Source: Candidatus Oxydemutatoraceae bacterium (GTDB lineage: Bacteria > Pseudomonadota > Gammaproteobacteria > Poriferisulfidales > Oxydemutatoraceae). Taken from it: a stretch of 64,000 nucleotides of DNA. The DNA lies in assembly GCA_965220085.1 (NCBI GenBank), contig CBDCOZ010000003.1, positions 1,321,683-1,385,682 on the forward strand, written 5' to 3'. The notes under the pieces are model-generated. The model did no database searches. It was not told the origin of the DNA and saw only the letters and a list, made by a program, of their open reading frames with translations. A program made the position numbers and the translations under genes. The stretch's first letter is position 1. The number at the start of each line of letters is the position of its first letter. Shown here in pieces: positions 1-13,500 of the stretch.

Positions 1-201
1 TCGCTTTGTTCATACGCTCAAACAGGTTCCGGCCCCAAGGCTACGGACACAGCCCGCAGATGCCGCTTTCCCGCCGCGGGCGCGTTGAAGGCCCTTTAAT
101 CCGGTATCCCTTCTCTGCGCAACGATGCCCATCACGATGCATTGCCTCCCGCTGTTTTCTGCCGCCCGCTCGCGGGTCGTCCGTTCTGCCGCCCGCCGGC
201 G

Positions 202-1056
202 CTAATCGCCGCTCGCCGGCATCTCACCGACAAGCAACTGCGGGTCAAGCCGTTGATCAAACCAATTCACGCGCCAGTCCAGATGCGGGCCGGTCGCCCT
301 GCCGCTGGCGCCGACAGCGCCGATGACCTGTCCCTTTTGCACTCGGTCGCCGGGCCTGGCGTGTGCCGCGTCCAGATGCAACATCGTCGATGAAACACCG
401 TGACCGTGGTCGATCACCATCGTGACACCGGAAAAGTACATGTCGCGCACCAGCGCCACCTCCCCCGCCGCCGGCGCCTTCGCCGGCGTGCCGACAGGAG
501 CGGCAATATCCACCCCGTAATGCGGGCTGCGCGGTTTGCCATTGAGGATGCGGCCGACGCCATAAACGCCGGTGATGATGCCGCGCACCGGCCAAACAAA
601 TGGCTCCAGAAAAAACAACAGGGCGGTATCGCGGGCGCGCACGGCCCCGATCGAACGCCGATCTTGCTCAATCCGCGCATACGCTTCCGGCGGCGGCGTC
701 ACTTTGTCGGCGGCCAGATTATCGATCCGCTGCGTATCGTATTCGCGCCGCGCAATTTCCAGCGCGTGCGATGACACGCCGCCGTCGGCGAGCGTGATCT
801 CAAGCTTTGCCGACCGCGGCGCGTTGCGACCGAAGCCGATGACAAAGCGTCCGTCATCGCTCACCCGCAGCGCGCGTTTTTCAAACACCGCCTTCGCCCC
901 CGGCGCCGCCTTGCCGATGACCATGCCGCCCTGTAGCAAGGGCCCGCTGAGGCTGACACCGCCGCTTTGATAAGACGTATCCGCGGAGGCGCCGAGCGAA
1001 GGCAATACAAGCGTCATAGCGAACGCCGCTGCCTTGCGCCAACAATACGGAGTCAT
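202..1056 (-). CDS. Secreted M23-family metallopeptidase (LytM/lysostaphin-like)
   Basis: 284-aa ORF. The N-terminus MTPYCWRKAAAFAMTLVLPSLGASA has a signal-peptide shape. M23 hallmarks are present: HxxxD (PHYGVDIAAPVGTP), HxH (VIDHGHGVSSTMLHL) and GASGRATGPHLDW. It starts 4 nt after the stop of the upstream PCD-like gene on the same strand. Confidence 0.85.
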   Translation of the reverse strand: MTPYCWRKAAAFAMTLVLPSLGASADTSYQSGGVSLSGPLLQGGMVIGKAAPGAKAVFEKRALRVSDDGRFVIGFGRNAPRSAKLEITLADGGVSSHALEIARREYDTQRIDNLAADKVTPPPEAYARIEQDRRSIGAVRARDTALLFFLEPFVWPVRGIITGVYGVGRILNGKPRSPHYGVDIAAPVGTPAKAPAAGEVALVRDMYFSGVTMVIDHGHGVSSTMLHLDAAHARPGDRVQKGQVIGAVGASGRATGPHLDWRVNWFDQRLDPQLLVGEMPASGD

Positions 1057-1060
1057 GCCA

Positions 1061-1444
1061 TCAGTCGTACTTTATATAGGCAAAGCGTTGGTCGGTCGGC
1101 GCGCCTTCCAAGGCCCCGTCGTCCGCGCCCGGCTGCCATTGAACGACCTCCTCAATTTTTGCCGCCAGCTCAAAGTCCTTGTTGGTCACGCCCTTCGCGG
1201 CATGATTCATCAGTTTGACGATGACAAAGGCATACGACACCGCCAAGTCCGGATGGTGGAAAGCCGCCTCGGACAGGTGCGCAATCGTATTCACGACCAG
1301 CAACGTTCCCTTCCAGCTGTGCGTTTTGTACTTGCGCCGTATCCAACCGTCTTCGTAATACCAATGCGGCAACTCCGCCTCAAGTCGCTGCTTGATGTCC
1401 GCCTCCTCATATGTTTCTTCGCCTTTCAGTTCTCTCCATCCCAT
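1061..1444 (-). CDS. Pterin-4a-carbinolamine dehydratase (PCD/DCoH)-like small protein
   Basis: 127-aa ORF with the PCD signature E-x3-HHPD-x5-Y (SEAAFHHPDLAVSYAF) followed by NHAAKGVTNKDFELA. A strong SD (AAGGAGGA) sits 6 nt upstream of the ATG. It lies 78 nt downstream of the giant gene stop and 4 nt upstream of the M23 peptidase, which suggests an operon. Confidence 0.75.
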   Translation of the reverse strand: MGWRELKGEETYEEADIKQRLEAELPHWYYEDGWIRRKYKTHSWKGTLLVVNTIAHLSEAAFHHPDLAVSYAFVIVKLMNHAAKGVTNKDFELAAKIEEVVQWQPGADDGALEGAPTDQRFAYIKYD

Positions 1445-1522
1445 AGTTATCCTCCTTCTTCTCGGATTGATCTATAAATAATTGTCCGCTGCCGATACGC
1501 CCTCGCAAGGGAGCGATGATGC

Positions 1523-4500
1523 TTATCGCAGCGGGCCTTCAAGGAAGAGACGCAGGCGCAGTCTGATCCCGGCGCGGGGCTCTGTCACCTCAATCGTCAA
1601 TTCCCAGTCATCGGATTCTACCGCCTCCGCGCCGGCAAAGGAAACGCGCACCGCCACGGTGTGTGTCGTTGCCACAGGGCCCAGCGCGGCGGCGGCGGCC
1701 AAACGAATCTCGCCGCTGGCGGAATCTATCGCAAACAGGCCGCCCGCATTATCGCTCAGACTCCACGTCAGGCCGGATGTCACCGGATTATTCGCTTCGT
1801 CGCGCGCGACCAGCGCGATGCCGGATACCGCCGTCGCGGTCGCGGCGTTCTCGGCGATGCGGTTGTCAGCGCTATTGTCGTCCGCAACCCTCAGCGACTC
1901 CAATACATTCGTTACGTTTATCATCAGAGTATATTCGCCGATGCTGCCGTCGCTTGCGGTCGCCGCCGCCCTCACGCGATGGCCGGCGTCGGTTTCGTAG
2001 TCCGGCGCGCGGTCGGCGGACGTACGGACGACGCCGGCTGTGGTAATCACAAATAAGCCGCTCGCATCGTCTGTCAGTTGCCAGATGATACCGCTCAGCG
2101 CGACACCGTTCCTCGTCGCCGCCAGCGATACGCCCGCAACCGCCGTGTCTGCGCTATTCTCAACGATTGTGTTCGTAGTCGGGTCGGTGTCGCTTACCGT
2201 CGGCGCGATAATCGCCTCGTCAAAATCGATCACCGTGATCATCAAGTCCAGCCGGTTGGAAAGCACGGCGCCTTCCGCCGCTTGTGCCGTAATCGTGTGC
2301 GTCGCCGATGTTTCGTAATCTAACATGCCGGCCAAGCGTATCGCGCCGCTGTCGGCATCGATTGCAAACAGCCCGTCGGCGTCCTCGGTCAGGCTCCAGG
2401 TCAGTCCCGATGTCACCGGATTATTCGTTTCGTCGGTTGCGACCAGCGTAATACCGCCGAGTAGCGCGCCGACCGGCGTATTCTCGGCAACCGCAATGGT
2501 TGCGGTGCTGCGGTTTGCGATCGTCAGCGACTCCGGCGCATTGTCAATCGCTATCGCTACCTCCAACTCGGCGTAGACCATGTTATCGGTTTCAACTCTT
2601 ACCCTAACGGTATGCGTTTGTGTATTTTCGTGATCCTCCACAGACCTTGCGAGCACGATCTCGCCGCTAGCGGAGTCTATTGCAAACAGTCCGTCGGCAT
2701 CATCTGGCAAACTCCAGGTCAGCCCCGACGTCACCGGATTATTCGTTTCATCGCTTACAACCAGCATGATGTTGCTCACTGGCGCGCCGACCAGCGTATT
2801 CTTGGCAATACGGCTGTCGGGAACCGCCCCGATGGTGATATCGGGCATAGCCGCGTTGGTAACCGTCAATCTCTTCGGCACATTCCCCACATCCGCCCGC
2901 ACAGCAAAGGGAGCGGACAGATCTCCGTCCCGCTCCGCTCGCACTTGCAACACGTATGTCGGAGTAGTTTCATGATCCAGTTCGGCTCTTGCCAGTGTTA
3001 TCTCGCCGCTGTCGCGGTCTATTGCAAACAAGCCGCCCGCATCATCGCTCAGGATCCAAGTCAGGCCGGAGGTCACCGCGCTGTCGCCGTCGTTTGCGAT
3101 CAGCGTGATGCCGCGCAACGGCGCGCCGACCGTCGCGTTCTCGGCAATCGTGTTCGCGGCAGGGTCGGTATCCGCGATCGCCAGTCCGACCGGCGCCGCG
3201 GAGCGGCTCGCCTCGCCGCCATGGACGATGGCCGCAACCGAATAAGCATGCAATGTGCCCGCGACCCGCTCCGTATCCTCGTAAGTCATCACCGCAGTCG
3301 CAGTCGTTATCGCGATACCGTCGCGATAGACGGCATACGCAATCGCCGGCGGCGATTGCCAATGGCTTGTATCCGGCGCACTCCACGTCAGCACGTTGGC
3401 ATGGTCGGCGTATGTTATCGCCGCATCCCGCGGCCCTTGGCGCAGTTGATAACCGAACTCTTGCCAACTCGGCGTGCCTTCGCCGTCAAAGTCTGTTTTC
3501 AGCGCCGGGTACTCGTCCGCCGCGCCAAAATCCCAGTAATCGATGGAACCGTTCACATCCCACTTGGCATAGATACCGACATGCCCGGTCGGGGACTGCA
3601 ACTCGGCGGCGGTCTTGGCGGCGACACCCGCCGCAGAACCGAAGCCGAAAGCAACGCTCTGTCCGGACACGTCGCTATCCCAGTAGACCGCTTCAAAGAC
3701 GGGATTGCCCCCGGCAACCCTGCCGGCAACGCCGCCGTGATTCCCCGGCGCGACCAACGCGGTCGAATACGCATACTCCAGCCGCATATTGCCGCCGACA
3801 GAACCCAGCAATCCGCCGCCCTGTCGTTGCGCATTCACATAACCGGCGGCATACACATGCTCTATGATGATGTTCGCATCGTTATCGCCGCCGCCGCTCA
3901 AGCCGCCGCCTGCGGCATCGGCGAGCGCGCGACCGGTCGCATAACTCGCGCGCAACACACCGCCGTTGACCGAACCGAGCAACGAGCCGACTTGCTCTGT
4001 CCCTTGCGCGGCTACCGTTGAATAACTCTGCGCAACCGTGCCCCCGGCCAACTCGCCGACCAAGCCGCCGACGGCCGTTCCGCCGCGCACCGAACCGGTG
4101 ACGCCGACGCCGGTAATCGTCGCGCCGGCGGCGGAACCGAACAAGCCCTGCGCATCGGCGTCGCGGCGAATGTAAAGGTTCTCGATTACATGACCGTTGC
4201 CGTTAAACGCCGCGATAAAGCGGTTTTCACGCGCGCCGATCGGCATCCAGCCCGCGCCCGCTGTCCACTCCGAGTTCGTGCTTGCGGCATAGCTGCCGCT
4301 ATCGTTAAAGTCAAGACTCCGTGTCAATTCATAGCCGTTGCAGCCATGCGCGCAGTTCAGATCAGCGGCGCTATGAGGGAAAGCTGTCTCATAGCGCCGT
4401 GAGTCCGCGGATGGGATGCCATCGCCATCCAAGTCCCAGCGCAGCGCGTCAAGCTGCTCGAGGTTAGTGATTTCAATCAAGCCGTTATCGTCGGTGTCGT

Positions 4501-7500
4501 AATCGCGCGAGCGGGATACGGCGACGCTGCGAGCCGCCTCGCCGCCGTCGATCACCGCGACGACATGATAGGTGTAATCGCTGCCGATCGCAGCAGTAGT
4601 ATCGGCATACTCGGCGCGCGCCTCCGCGACACTTGCCAGCGCGAGGCTATCGCGATATACGGCATAGGCGACAACCGTATCCGCGGCGCAGTGCGTCGTA
4701 TCCGGCGCGCTCCAACTCAAGTCTCTGTCGCCGACTCCGCGCACCGTCAGCGCCAAGTCCTCGCGTATCTGACAGCCGAACTCTTGCCAACTCGGTATGC
4801 CGTCGCCGTCAAAATCCGCTTTCAAAGCGGGATATTGTTCGGCGTTGCCGAAATCCCAATTATCGCTGTCGTCCGCGTTCCAGTCGGCGTAGATGCCGCT
4901 GTAAGCCGTCGGCGTTTGCAACTCCGCGCCCGTCTTGCCGGTCGCGCCCGAAGCGGACCCCGAACCGGCCGCGCGCTGTTTGCCGGTGACTTGGGCATCC
5001 CAATAGACGACGGCAAACGTCGGATTGACGCCGTTGACTTCGCCGGCGATACCGCCGCTCGTCGCCGCCGCGGAGTTGATCAATGACGCGGCATAGCTAT
5101 ATTTGATCTGTAGCGCCCCCATGTTGCCAATCAGGCCGCCCGCTGCCCGTTGCGCGTTCACGTATCCCGTCGCATAGACATACTCAACGGTCGTATTCGC
5201 GCTGTTGCCGCTGCCGCCGATGAGACCGCCGGCGACCGCAGTGGCGCTGGTATTGCCGCTGGCATAGCTGGCAAGAACCGCTCCGCCGTCGGCGTAGCCG
5301 ACCAAGGGAGCGACCGCCTCGCCGCCGCGCGCCGATACTGCCGAGTAACTGTTCGTGACGATGCCGCCGGATAATTCGCCGACCAGTCCGCCGCTTTGAT
5401 CGCCGCCAGCGACCGATCCCGTTATGCCGATATTGGACACTGTCGCACTGCTGTTGATGCTGCCAAACAGACCCTGACGATCCGCGGCGCGATCGATGCG
5501 GAGGTTATCGATGCGGCGACCCTTGCCGTCAAATACCGCCGCATACCGGTCTTCCCGGGCGCCGATCGGCAGCCAACCCGCGCCCGTCGACCGCTTGGCG
5601 CTATCGCTGTCCGGCGCATAGCTGTTCGCATCCGCAAAATCCAGATCCCGGGTCAATTCATAACCGCCGCAACCGCTCGGGCACCCCTTGCCGCCGGAAG
5701 ATTTCGGGAAGGCGATCAGATAGTGGCTCCGGTTCTCGGTGCTGGCATGGCCGTCGCCATCGGTATCCCAGCGTATCGCATTCAGTTGATCCAGATTGGA
5801 AATATCAAGCAGGTTATCGTCATCCCGGTCATAATCTATCGTTGCCAATGTCTCAACGTGACGGCTCGCTTCGCCGCCGTTGACGACGGCGGCAATATGG
5901 TAGGTGTGCGCGATACCGCCGACGCTCGTCTCATCGAGATAACGCGCTTCGGCTATGCCGCCCGGCGCGGTCAGACGTATCCCGTCGCGGTAGACCGCAT
6001 ACCCGACCGTCGGCGGCGTCGCGCAGTGAGACACATCGGGCGCGTCCCAAGTCAGTTTTACCGCAGCGCCGACAAGGTAATGCACCGCGTTTTGCGGCGG
6101 CTCGCGCAACTGGCAGCCAAACTCCCGCCAACTCGCCTCGCCGTCGTTGTTGAAATCGACCTTCAATGCCGGGTATTGATTGTTGCTGCCAAAATCCCAA
6201 TAGTCGGCGCCGTCCGCATTCCAGTTGGCATAGATGCCGGCATAGGTCGTCGGCGCTTGCAGTTCGCTGATGGACTTGTCGCCGCCTTCATAGCCGGGGC
6301 CGAGCACATGCAGACCGATCGGATTGTCTCTGCCCGATGCCCCGGCATCCCAATACACGGCGGTCAGCGCATCGCTCCTGAGCGCATTAAAGCCGATAAG
6401 TCCCCCGCTTTCTATCGGGTCGGGGTGAATCAAAGCGGCGCTATAACCGTATTTGAGTTGCGCCGACTGCAAACTGCCGATCAGTCCGCCGGCCCACCTG
6501 TTGAAAGTCGCCATCGTCGCATCTACAAAACCGGTCGCATACACATGCGCTATCTCGCTGTCGTTGCCGCCGCCGCTGTCATCCGCGCGTCCGATCAAGC
6601 CGCCGGCGCGACCGTTGGCATGGGTATTGCCCGTCGCATAACTCGCGCGAATGACGCTGCGCTTTGCGCTTCCGAGCAGAGAGCCGATAGAGCGGTCGCC
6701 CAGCGCCGTCACCGCCGAATAGCTGTCCCTGACCGCGCCGTCGCTCAGTTCGCCAATCAGGCCGCCGACCCGATCGCCCGATGCGCTCAAACTCGACGCG
6801 CTCGCATCCACCGTGCCGGTCACGCCGACATTGCGCACTGTGCCGCCGACGACTGCGCCGAACAAACCCTGACGGTCGGCTTCGCGATCGATGGAAAGGT
6901 TGGCGATTACGTTGCCATTGCCGTTGAAGATCGCCGTGAAAGGCGCGGCTTCGCTGCCGATAGCAACCCAGCCCTCGGCGCTTCCGGCGCTGGCGGCGCG
7001 CAAATCCAAATCGTTGATCAATTCGTAGCCGGCGCAGGTTCCGACGCAACCCATATTGGTCGCGGCATCGACAAACCGCGTGACATACTCTTGCGTGCTC
7101 GCCGACGGCGCGCCGTCGCCGTCCAAATCCCAACGTATCGCAGCGAGTTGCTCCGCGGTGGCGACCTCAATCAAACCGTCGTCGTCGCTGTCATAGTCCC
7201 GCGCCATAGAGACAGCGACGCCGCGTACCGCTTCGCCGCCATGGACAACCGCCGCCACATGATAGGCATATGTGTCGTCGATCACGGCGGCGGTATCGGC
7301 GTAAGTCGTCTCGGCGATGCCTTCGCCCGCGGTCAAAGCCGCGCCGTCACGGTAAACGGCGTAGGTAACCGCTTGCGGCAACGCGCAGTGGTCGGTATCG
7401 GGCGCGCTCCAATTCAAGGTTCTTGAGGTTCCGGCGCCGCTCGCCGTCACGACCGGCGCGCTGCGCGCTTGGCAACCGAATTCCCGCCAACTCGCGGCGC

Positions 7501-10500
7501 CGTCGCCGTCAAAATCAACTTTCAGCGCGGGGTACTGATCGGAAGCGCCAAAGTCCCAGTAGTCGCTATTGTCCGTATTCCAGTTCTTGTAGATGCCGGT
7601 GTACGTCGTCGGCATCCGCAATTCAAAGCTCGTCTTGCCGTCGATACCGGAATCGGAACCGGCGCCGACACCGTTTTGCTTGCCCGAAGTTTCGCGGTCC
7701 CAATAGATATCGGCAAATGCGGCGTGGCTGTTCTCGCCGACGACACCGCCGGCCATCGTCGCCGCGCTGTCGATCAAGGCTGTGGAATACGCGTAACTTA
7801 TTTGCCCGGCACTGGTATCGCCAATCAAACCGCCCAACACTTCGCCGCTGTTATTGACGCCGCTCACATAGCCGGTGGCATAGGCATGCTCTGCCGTGCC
7901 TCCGAGGGCGGCGATACGACCGATCAAACCGCCCGCCCGGTTCGCAGCCGCCGCGTTGCCGGTCGCATAACTGCGACGCACCGCAGCCGCCCTGACCCTG
8001 CCAGCCAAAGAACCGACCTCGGAGCGTCCGCGTACCGCGACCGCCGAATAGCTGTTCTCTATCGCGCTATCGGTTCGCAGCAGACCGACCAAACCGCCGA
8101 CAACATCGTTGCCGACGACCGCGCCGGTGACACCGAGGTTGCCGATGCGCGCCGGCGTCTCGATCGCGCCGAACAAACCTTGTGCGGTTGCGTCGCGGTC
8201 GATATGCAGGTTATAGATCGTATGACCGTTGCCGTCGAACGTCGCCGCAAACCTGTCGCCGGCGGCGGGCGCGCCAATCGGCGCCCAACCCTCGCCCGTG
8301 GTCCACGCGCTGCTGACGTTGCCGGTCACATAGCTGGCAAAGTCGTCAAAGTCCAGATTCCTCATCAACTCATAACCGCTGCAACCGCCGGGGCAACCCA
8401 TGTCATCGGCGGGATCGGGAAAGACGGCGGCATACGTCGCGCTGCTGTCCGTTGCCGGAACGCCGTCGCCACCCAAATCCCAACGCACCGCGTCCAGTTG
8501 CTCCAGACTGTCGATCTCGATCAAGCCGTCGTCGTCGTCGTCGTAATCGACTATCCTTGAGCGGATGCTTTGGCGCGCGGCTTCCCCGCCGTCGATGACT
8601 GCCGCAAGGTGATAGACATATTCGGTGTCGGCGCTGCGTTGCGCATCGACATAACTCGTCGCGGTCCATTCGCCGGCGGCTGTCAGCGCTTCGCCGTCGC
8701 GGTAGACGTTATAGGAAACGCTTGTGTTCGCCTTGCAGTGAGACACATCGGGCGCACTCCAGGCCAAGGTCCTGACATCGCCGGTGCCGCGCGCCGCCAA
8801 TATCGGTTTTTCGCGCACCTGACAGCCGAACTCTTGCCAACTCGCTTCGCCGTCGTTGTTGAAATCGATCTTCAACGCCGGATACTGCTTGCTGCTGCCG
8901 AAATCCCAATAGTCGCCGCCATCCGTATTCCAGTCGGCATAGATGCCGACATATCCCGGCGGCGACCGCAACTCGGCGCTGCTCTTGCCGTCGATGCCGT
9001 CGATCGCTCGGTCCGCCGCATTGTCCCGGCCCGAGGTCTCAAGATCCCAATACACGGATGCGAATACGCTGTCCGAACCGGCGACGCCGACCGCGCCGCC
9101 GCTGCGTGGCAAGTCGGGGACGACCAGCGCCGTGGCGTAAGCGTAGCCGATCCGCGCGCCGCCGGCATCGCCAATCAAGCCGCCGCCTTTTCTGTTTGCA
9201 TTGTCGCCGTTTATATCCACGCGCCCGGTCGCATACGCATGTTCCAGCGAGGTGCTGGCGTTGGAAACAAAGCCGAGCAGACCGCCGACCTGATTGCTCG
9301 CGGATACGTTGCCGGTGGCATAGCTTGTGCGCAACGCTATGTTGGCGACATAACCGACGATACCGCCGGCAAAACCGTTTGCCCGCACCGACACCGCGGA
9401 GTAACTGTTCGCAATCGCGCCGCCCTCCAAACTGCCGACCACGCCGCCGACCCGATTGCCGGCCCTGGCGATCGCGCCGGTCACGCCGATGTTCGCAATC
9501 GTTGCGCCGCGGGCATCGCCGAACAAGCCTTGTCTTTCCGCGTTGGTGTCGATGCCGAGGTTATAAACCGTATGGCCGTTGCCGTTGAACGCGGTCGCGA
9601 AAACATTGGTGAGATTGCCGATTGGATCCCAGCCATCCGCCCATGCCGAATTGACCGCGCCGCTCGCATAGTCGGCGGGGTTGTCAAAATCCAGATCGCG
9701 CGTCAGTTCATAGCCGCCGCAAACCCCCGGGCAACCGACCGTGCCGACGGTGTTCGGGAAGGCCGCGGCATAATCCGCCGCATGGTCCGCATCATCGGGA
9801 TTGCCATCGCCGTCCATGTCCCAGCGCATCGCGTTGAGTTGCTCCAATGTGCCGATCCCGATCAAACCATCGTCGTCGATGTCGTAATCCCGCCCCGATA
9901 CGATGACACTGCGGCTCGCTTCGCCGCCGTTGATGACCGCCGCAACATGGTAGGCGTATATCGTGTCGGCATCCGCGGTTACGTCGGCGTAGGAAGATGT
10001 CTCTATGCCGTCGGCGAGCACGATGCCGTCGCGGTATACGGCATAGGTAATCGTCGGCGTGGAAGCCCAATGAGAGAGCTCAGGCTCCGACCAATCCAGC
10101 GTTCTGGATGTGAGCTGATAGCCCACGGTCAAATCTGCCGGGCCCTCGCGCAACTGGCAGCCGAACTCCTGCCAACTCGCCTCCCCGTAGCCGTCAAAAT
10201 CTGTTTTCAGCGCCGGGTATTGTTCGGAAGTTCCAAAATCCCAGTGGTCGCTATCGCTTGTGTTCCAATTCTCATAGATGCCGGTATAGGTCGTTGGCAT
10301 CTGTAATTCGGCGCTCGTCCATCCGCTGATGCCATCATCAGAGCCGTCGCCGACGCCGTTGTTCTTGGCCGAGGTCTCGCGGTCCCAATAGACATCGGTG
10401 AACGTCGCATTGACATTCTCACCGACGAAGCCGCCGCTCATCGACGCTATGGAGTCAAGCAATGCGGTGGAATAACCATAGTTGATCTGTCCCGCACCGG

Positions 10501-13500
10501 CATTGCCGAGCAAACCGCCCGACGATTCGCTGTTCCGATTGAAGCCGCTCACATACCCGGTCGCATAGACGTGCTCTACAGTGCCGCCGTGCGCAGAAAT
10601 ACGACCGATCAAACCGCCCGTCCGATTAAAGCCTTCCGCATTCCCGGTCGCATAACTGCGGCGAATCGTACCCGCCCTGAGTCTGCCGACCAAGGAACCG
10701 ATATCAAAGCGTCCGCGTACCGCGACCGTTGAAAAACTGTCCTCTATCACCCCGTCAGTTCGCAACTGACCGGCCAAGCCACCGGAAACCTCTCTGACAC
10801 GTACCACACCGGTGACACCGAGGCGGCTGATGACCGCCGGGGTTTCAACGATACCGAATAAACCTTGTGCAGCCGCATCCCTGTCAATATGCAGGTTATA
10901 GATCGTATGGCCGTTGCCATTGAAGACCGCGGTAAATTTATTATCGGCGCCACTTCCGCCGATCGGCTCCCAGCCCTCGCCCTGCGTCCAGGCCGTCGTG
11001 ACCGTGCTGCCCTCGACATAACTGCCGACATCGGCAAAATCCAGATCGCCGTTCAGTTCATATCCGCGGCAACCGCTGCCAGCCGGGCAACCCATGCCGG
11101 GCAGAGCGGCGTCGGGGAAAACCAACAGATAGGCGCGGGTGCTTGCCGCCGGAACGCCGTCGCCGTCCAAGTCCCAACGCACGACATTGAGCTGATCCAA
11201 ACTGCTGATCTCGATCAAACCATTGTCGTCGGTATCGTAATCGGTCGATCGTGACACCGCGACACTGCGGCTGGCTTCGCCGCCATGGACCACCGCCGCC
11301 ACCTGATACACATAGTCAACGCCGTCGATCGCGCCGCTGTCCATATATGCCGTATCGCGGATGTCGTCGTCGCGGGTCAGCGCGACACCATCGCGATAGA
11401 CCGCATAGCCGACGGCCGGAGCCGGGTCCCAATGCGATGTATCGGGCGCTTGCCAAGCCAGTTTCCTCGGCGCGCCGCTGCCGGTCTCCAAGCGCGACGG
11501 GCCTTCGCGCAACTGATAACCGAATTCCTGCCAACTCGCTTCGCCGCTGTTGTTGAAATCGATCTTCAATGCCGGATACTGCTTGGCGCCGCCGAAATCC
11601 CAATAGTCGCCGCCGTCGGCATTCCAATTCGCATAGATACCGGCGTAAGTCGTTGCCATCTGTAATTCCATGCTCGTCTTGCCGCCGATACCGGAATCAG
11701 AACCGTTGCCGACGCCGTTGCTCATGGCCGAGGTCTCAACATCCCAATAGACATCGTCGAATGTCGCCGCGTCACTCCTGCCGACGAAACCGCCATGGAA
11801 GGTCTTTGCGGGGTACACCAAAGCGGTAGAATACGCAGAGCGGATCTGTCCCGCTCTGACACGACCGATTAAGCCGCCGACCGAACTATTGGCGCCGCCG
11901 CGCGTACCGTCCGCGTAACCAGTCGCATAGACATGTTCCACACTCGCCCCCTCCGAAGCAATGCCGCCTATCAGACCGCCTATCTGGCTAGAGCCTGTCG
12001 CGTTGCCGGTCGCATAACTTCTGCGAACTATCCCGCCTTGGATGTCACCGACCAAAGAACCGACGCCATGGGTTCCCCGCACCGCGACCGCCGAGTAACT
12101 CTCCTCTACGGTGCCGCCGTCATATATCCGCCCGACCAAACCGCCGGCGGCATCCTGCACTCTGATGGAACCGGTCACACCGACGCGTCGGACTATCGCC
12201 GGCGCTTCGATTCCCCCGAACAAACCTCGCAGGGACGGGGTTCCGCCGCCATACAAGTTATGGATCGTATGACCGTTGCCGTCAAATGTCGTTTCAAACC
12301 TGTTGCCGACAAATTTCTCGCCGATCGGCGGCCAGCCATCGCCTTCTGTCCACGCGGCATTGATCGCGCCGGAAGCATAACTCGCGGGGTCGGCAAAATC
12401 CAAGTCCTTGATCAACTCGTAGCCGCGACAAGCGGAGGTCGCTGTCGACACCGCGGCGGGACAGCCCATGCCGGGCAGCGCGGCGATAAAAGCGCGTTGA
12501 TATCGCTGCGGCTCAAACATCGGGGGCCCCTCGCTGTCCAAGTCCCAACGCACCGCATCCAACTGTTCCAATGTGGCGATTTCAATCAAACCGTCGTCAT
12601 CGCGGTCGTAATCTCTTATCGGCAACACAAAACCGGCGCTGCGGCTCGCTTCGCCGCCGCCCACGACCGCCGCAACGCGGTAGGTGTTAATGATATCAAG
12701 GTCTATCGCCGCGTCGACATAGCTTGTCCGCGCAAGACCGTCCGCCGCGACCGCATCGTTGTGATAGACGACATAGGCGATGATTGGCGCAGACGCCGGC
12801 CAATGCGATGTGTCAGGCGTCGTCCAACTCAGTGTGCGGGAAGCGCCGATGCCGCTCATCGTCAGCGTCGGGCCTTCGCGCAACTGATAGCCGAATTCCT
12901 GCCAACTGATGTCCCCGTCGTTGTTGAAATCGACTTGCAACGCGGGGTATTGTTTGTCGGCGCCGAAATCCCAGTAGTCGGTGTTCTCCGCATTCCAGCT
13001 CGCATAGAGATCTTCATAGTCGGCAAAGGCCTGCAAGAGAACGGTCGGCGCGCCGGCGACACCCGGGGCATAGCCGCCGCTCACCGCTTTGTCCAATTCG
13101 CCCGAAGCGTCAACATCCCAATACACGCTGTCAAAAACCGGGGCGCCCGCGGATGCCCCGCCGCCGATAGCGCCGCTGCGCTTTGCCTCTGCCGGGACGC
13201 GCGCGGTAGAGTAACTGTAACGGAGTCGCACCGCCCCCAGATAACCGATCAGACCGCCGGCGTCGTTGTCCGCGTCACTGACGGCCACGGCCAGTTGACC
13301 GGTGGCGTAAGTATGTTCCACCGTGCTTTCGTTTGAATACGCATAGGCCTCGCCGATCAAACCGCCGACCCCTCGGTGGCCGCGCACATAGCCCGTGGCA
13401 TAACTCGCGCGCACGGTGCCTTTGTCATTAAAACCAAGCAACGAACCGACCTCAAATGCCGAATCCAATGCCACCGTGGAATAACTCTCTTCGATCAGAC

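Noticed and set aside
160-180. Short GC hairpin (CCCGC-TC-GCGGG) downstream of the M23 peptidase stop as an intrinsic terminator
   Set aside because: The stem is only ~5 bp with no following U-tract on the minus-strand transcript. Too weak to call.
6-393. Plus-strand ORFs 6..326 and 142..393 at the left edge
   Set aside because: They overlap the well-supported M23 peptidase gene on the opposite strand and have Arg/Pro-rich low-complexity composition. Treated as spurious.
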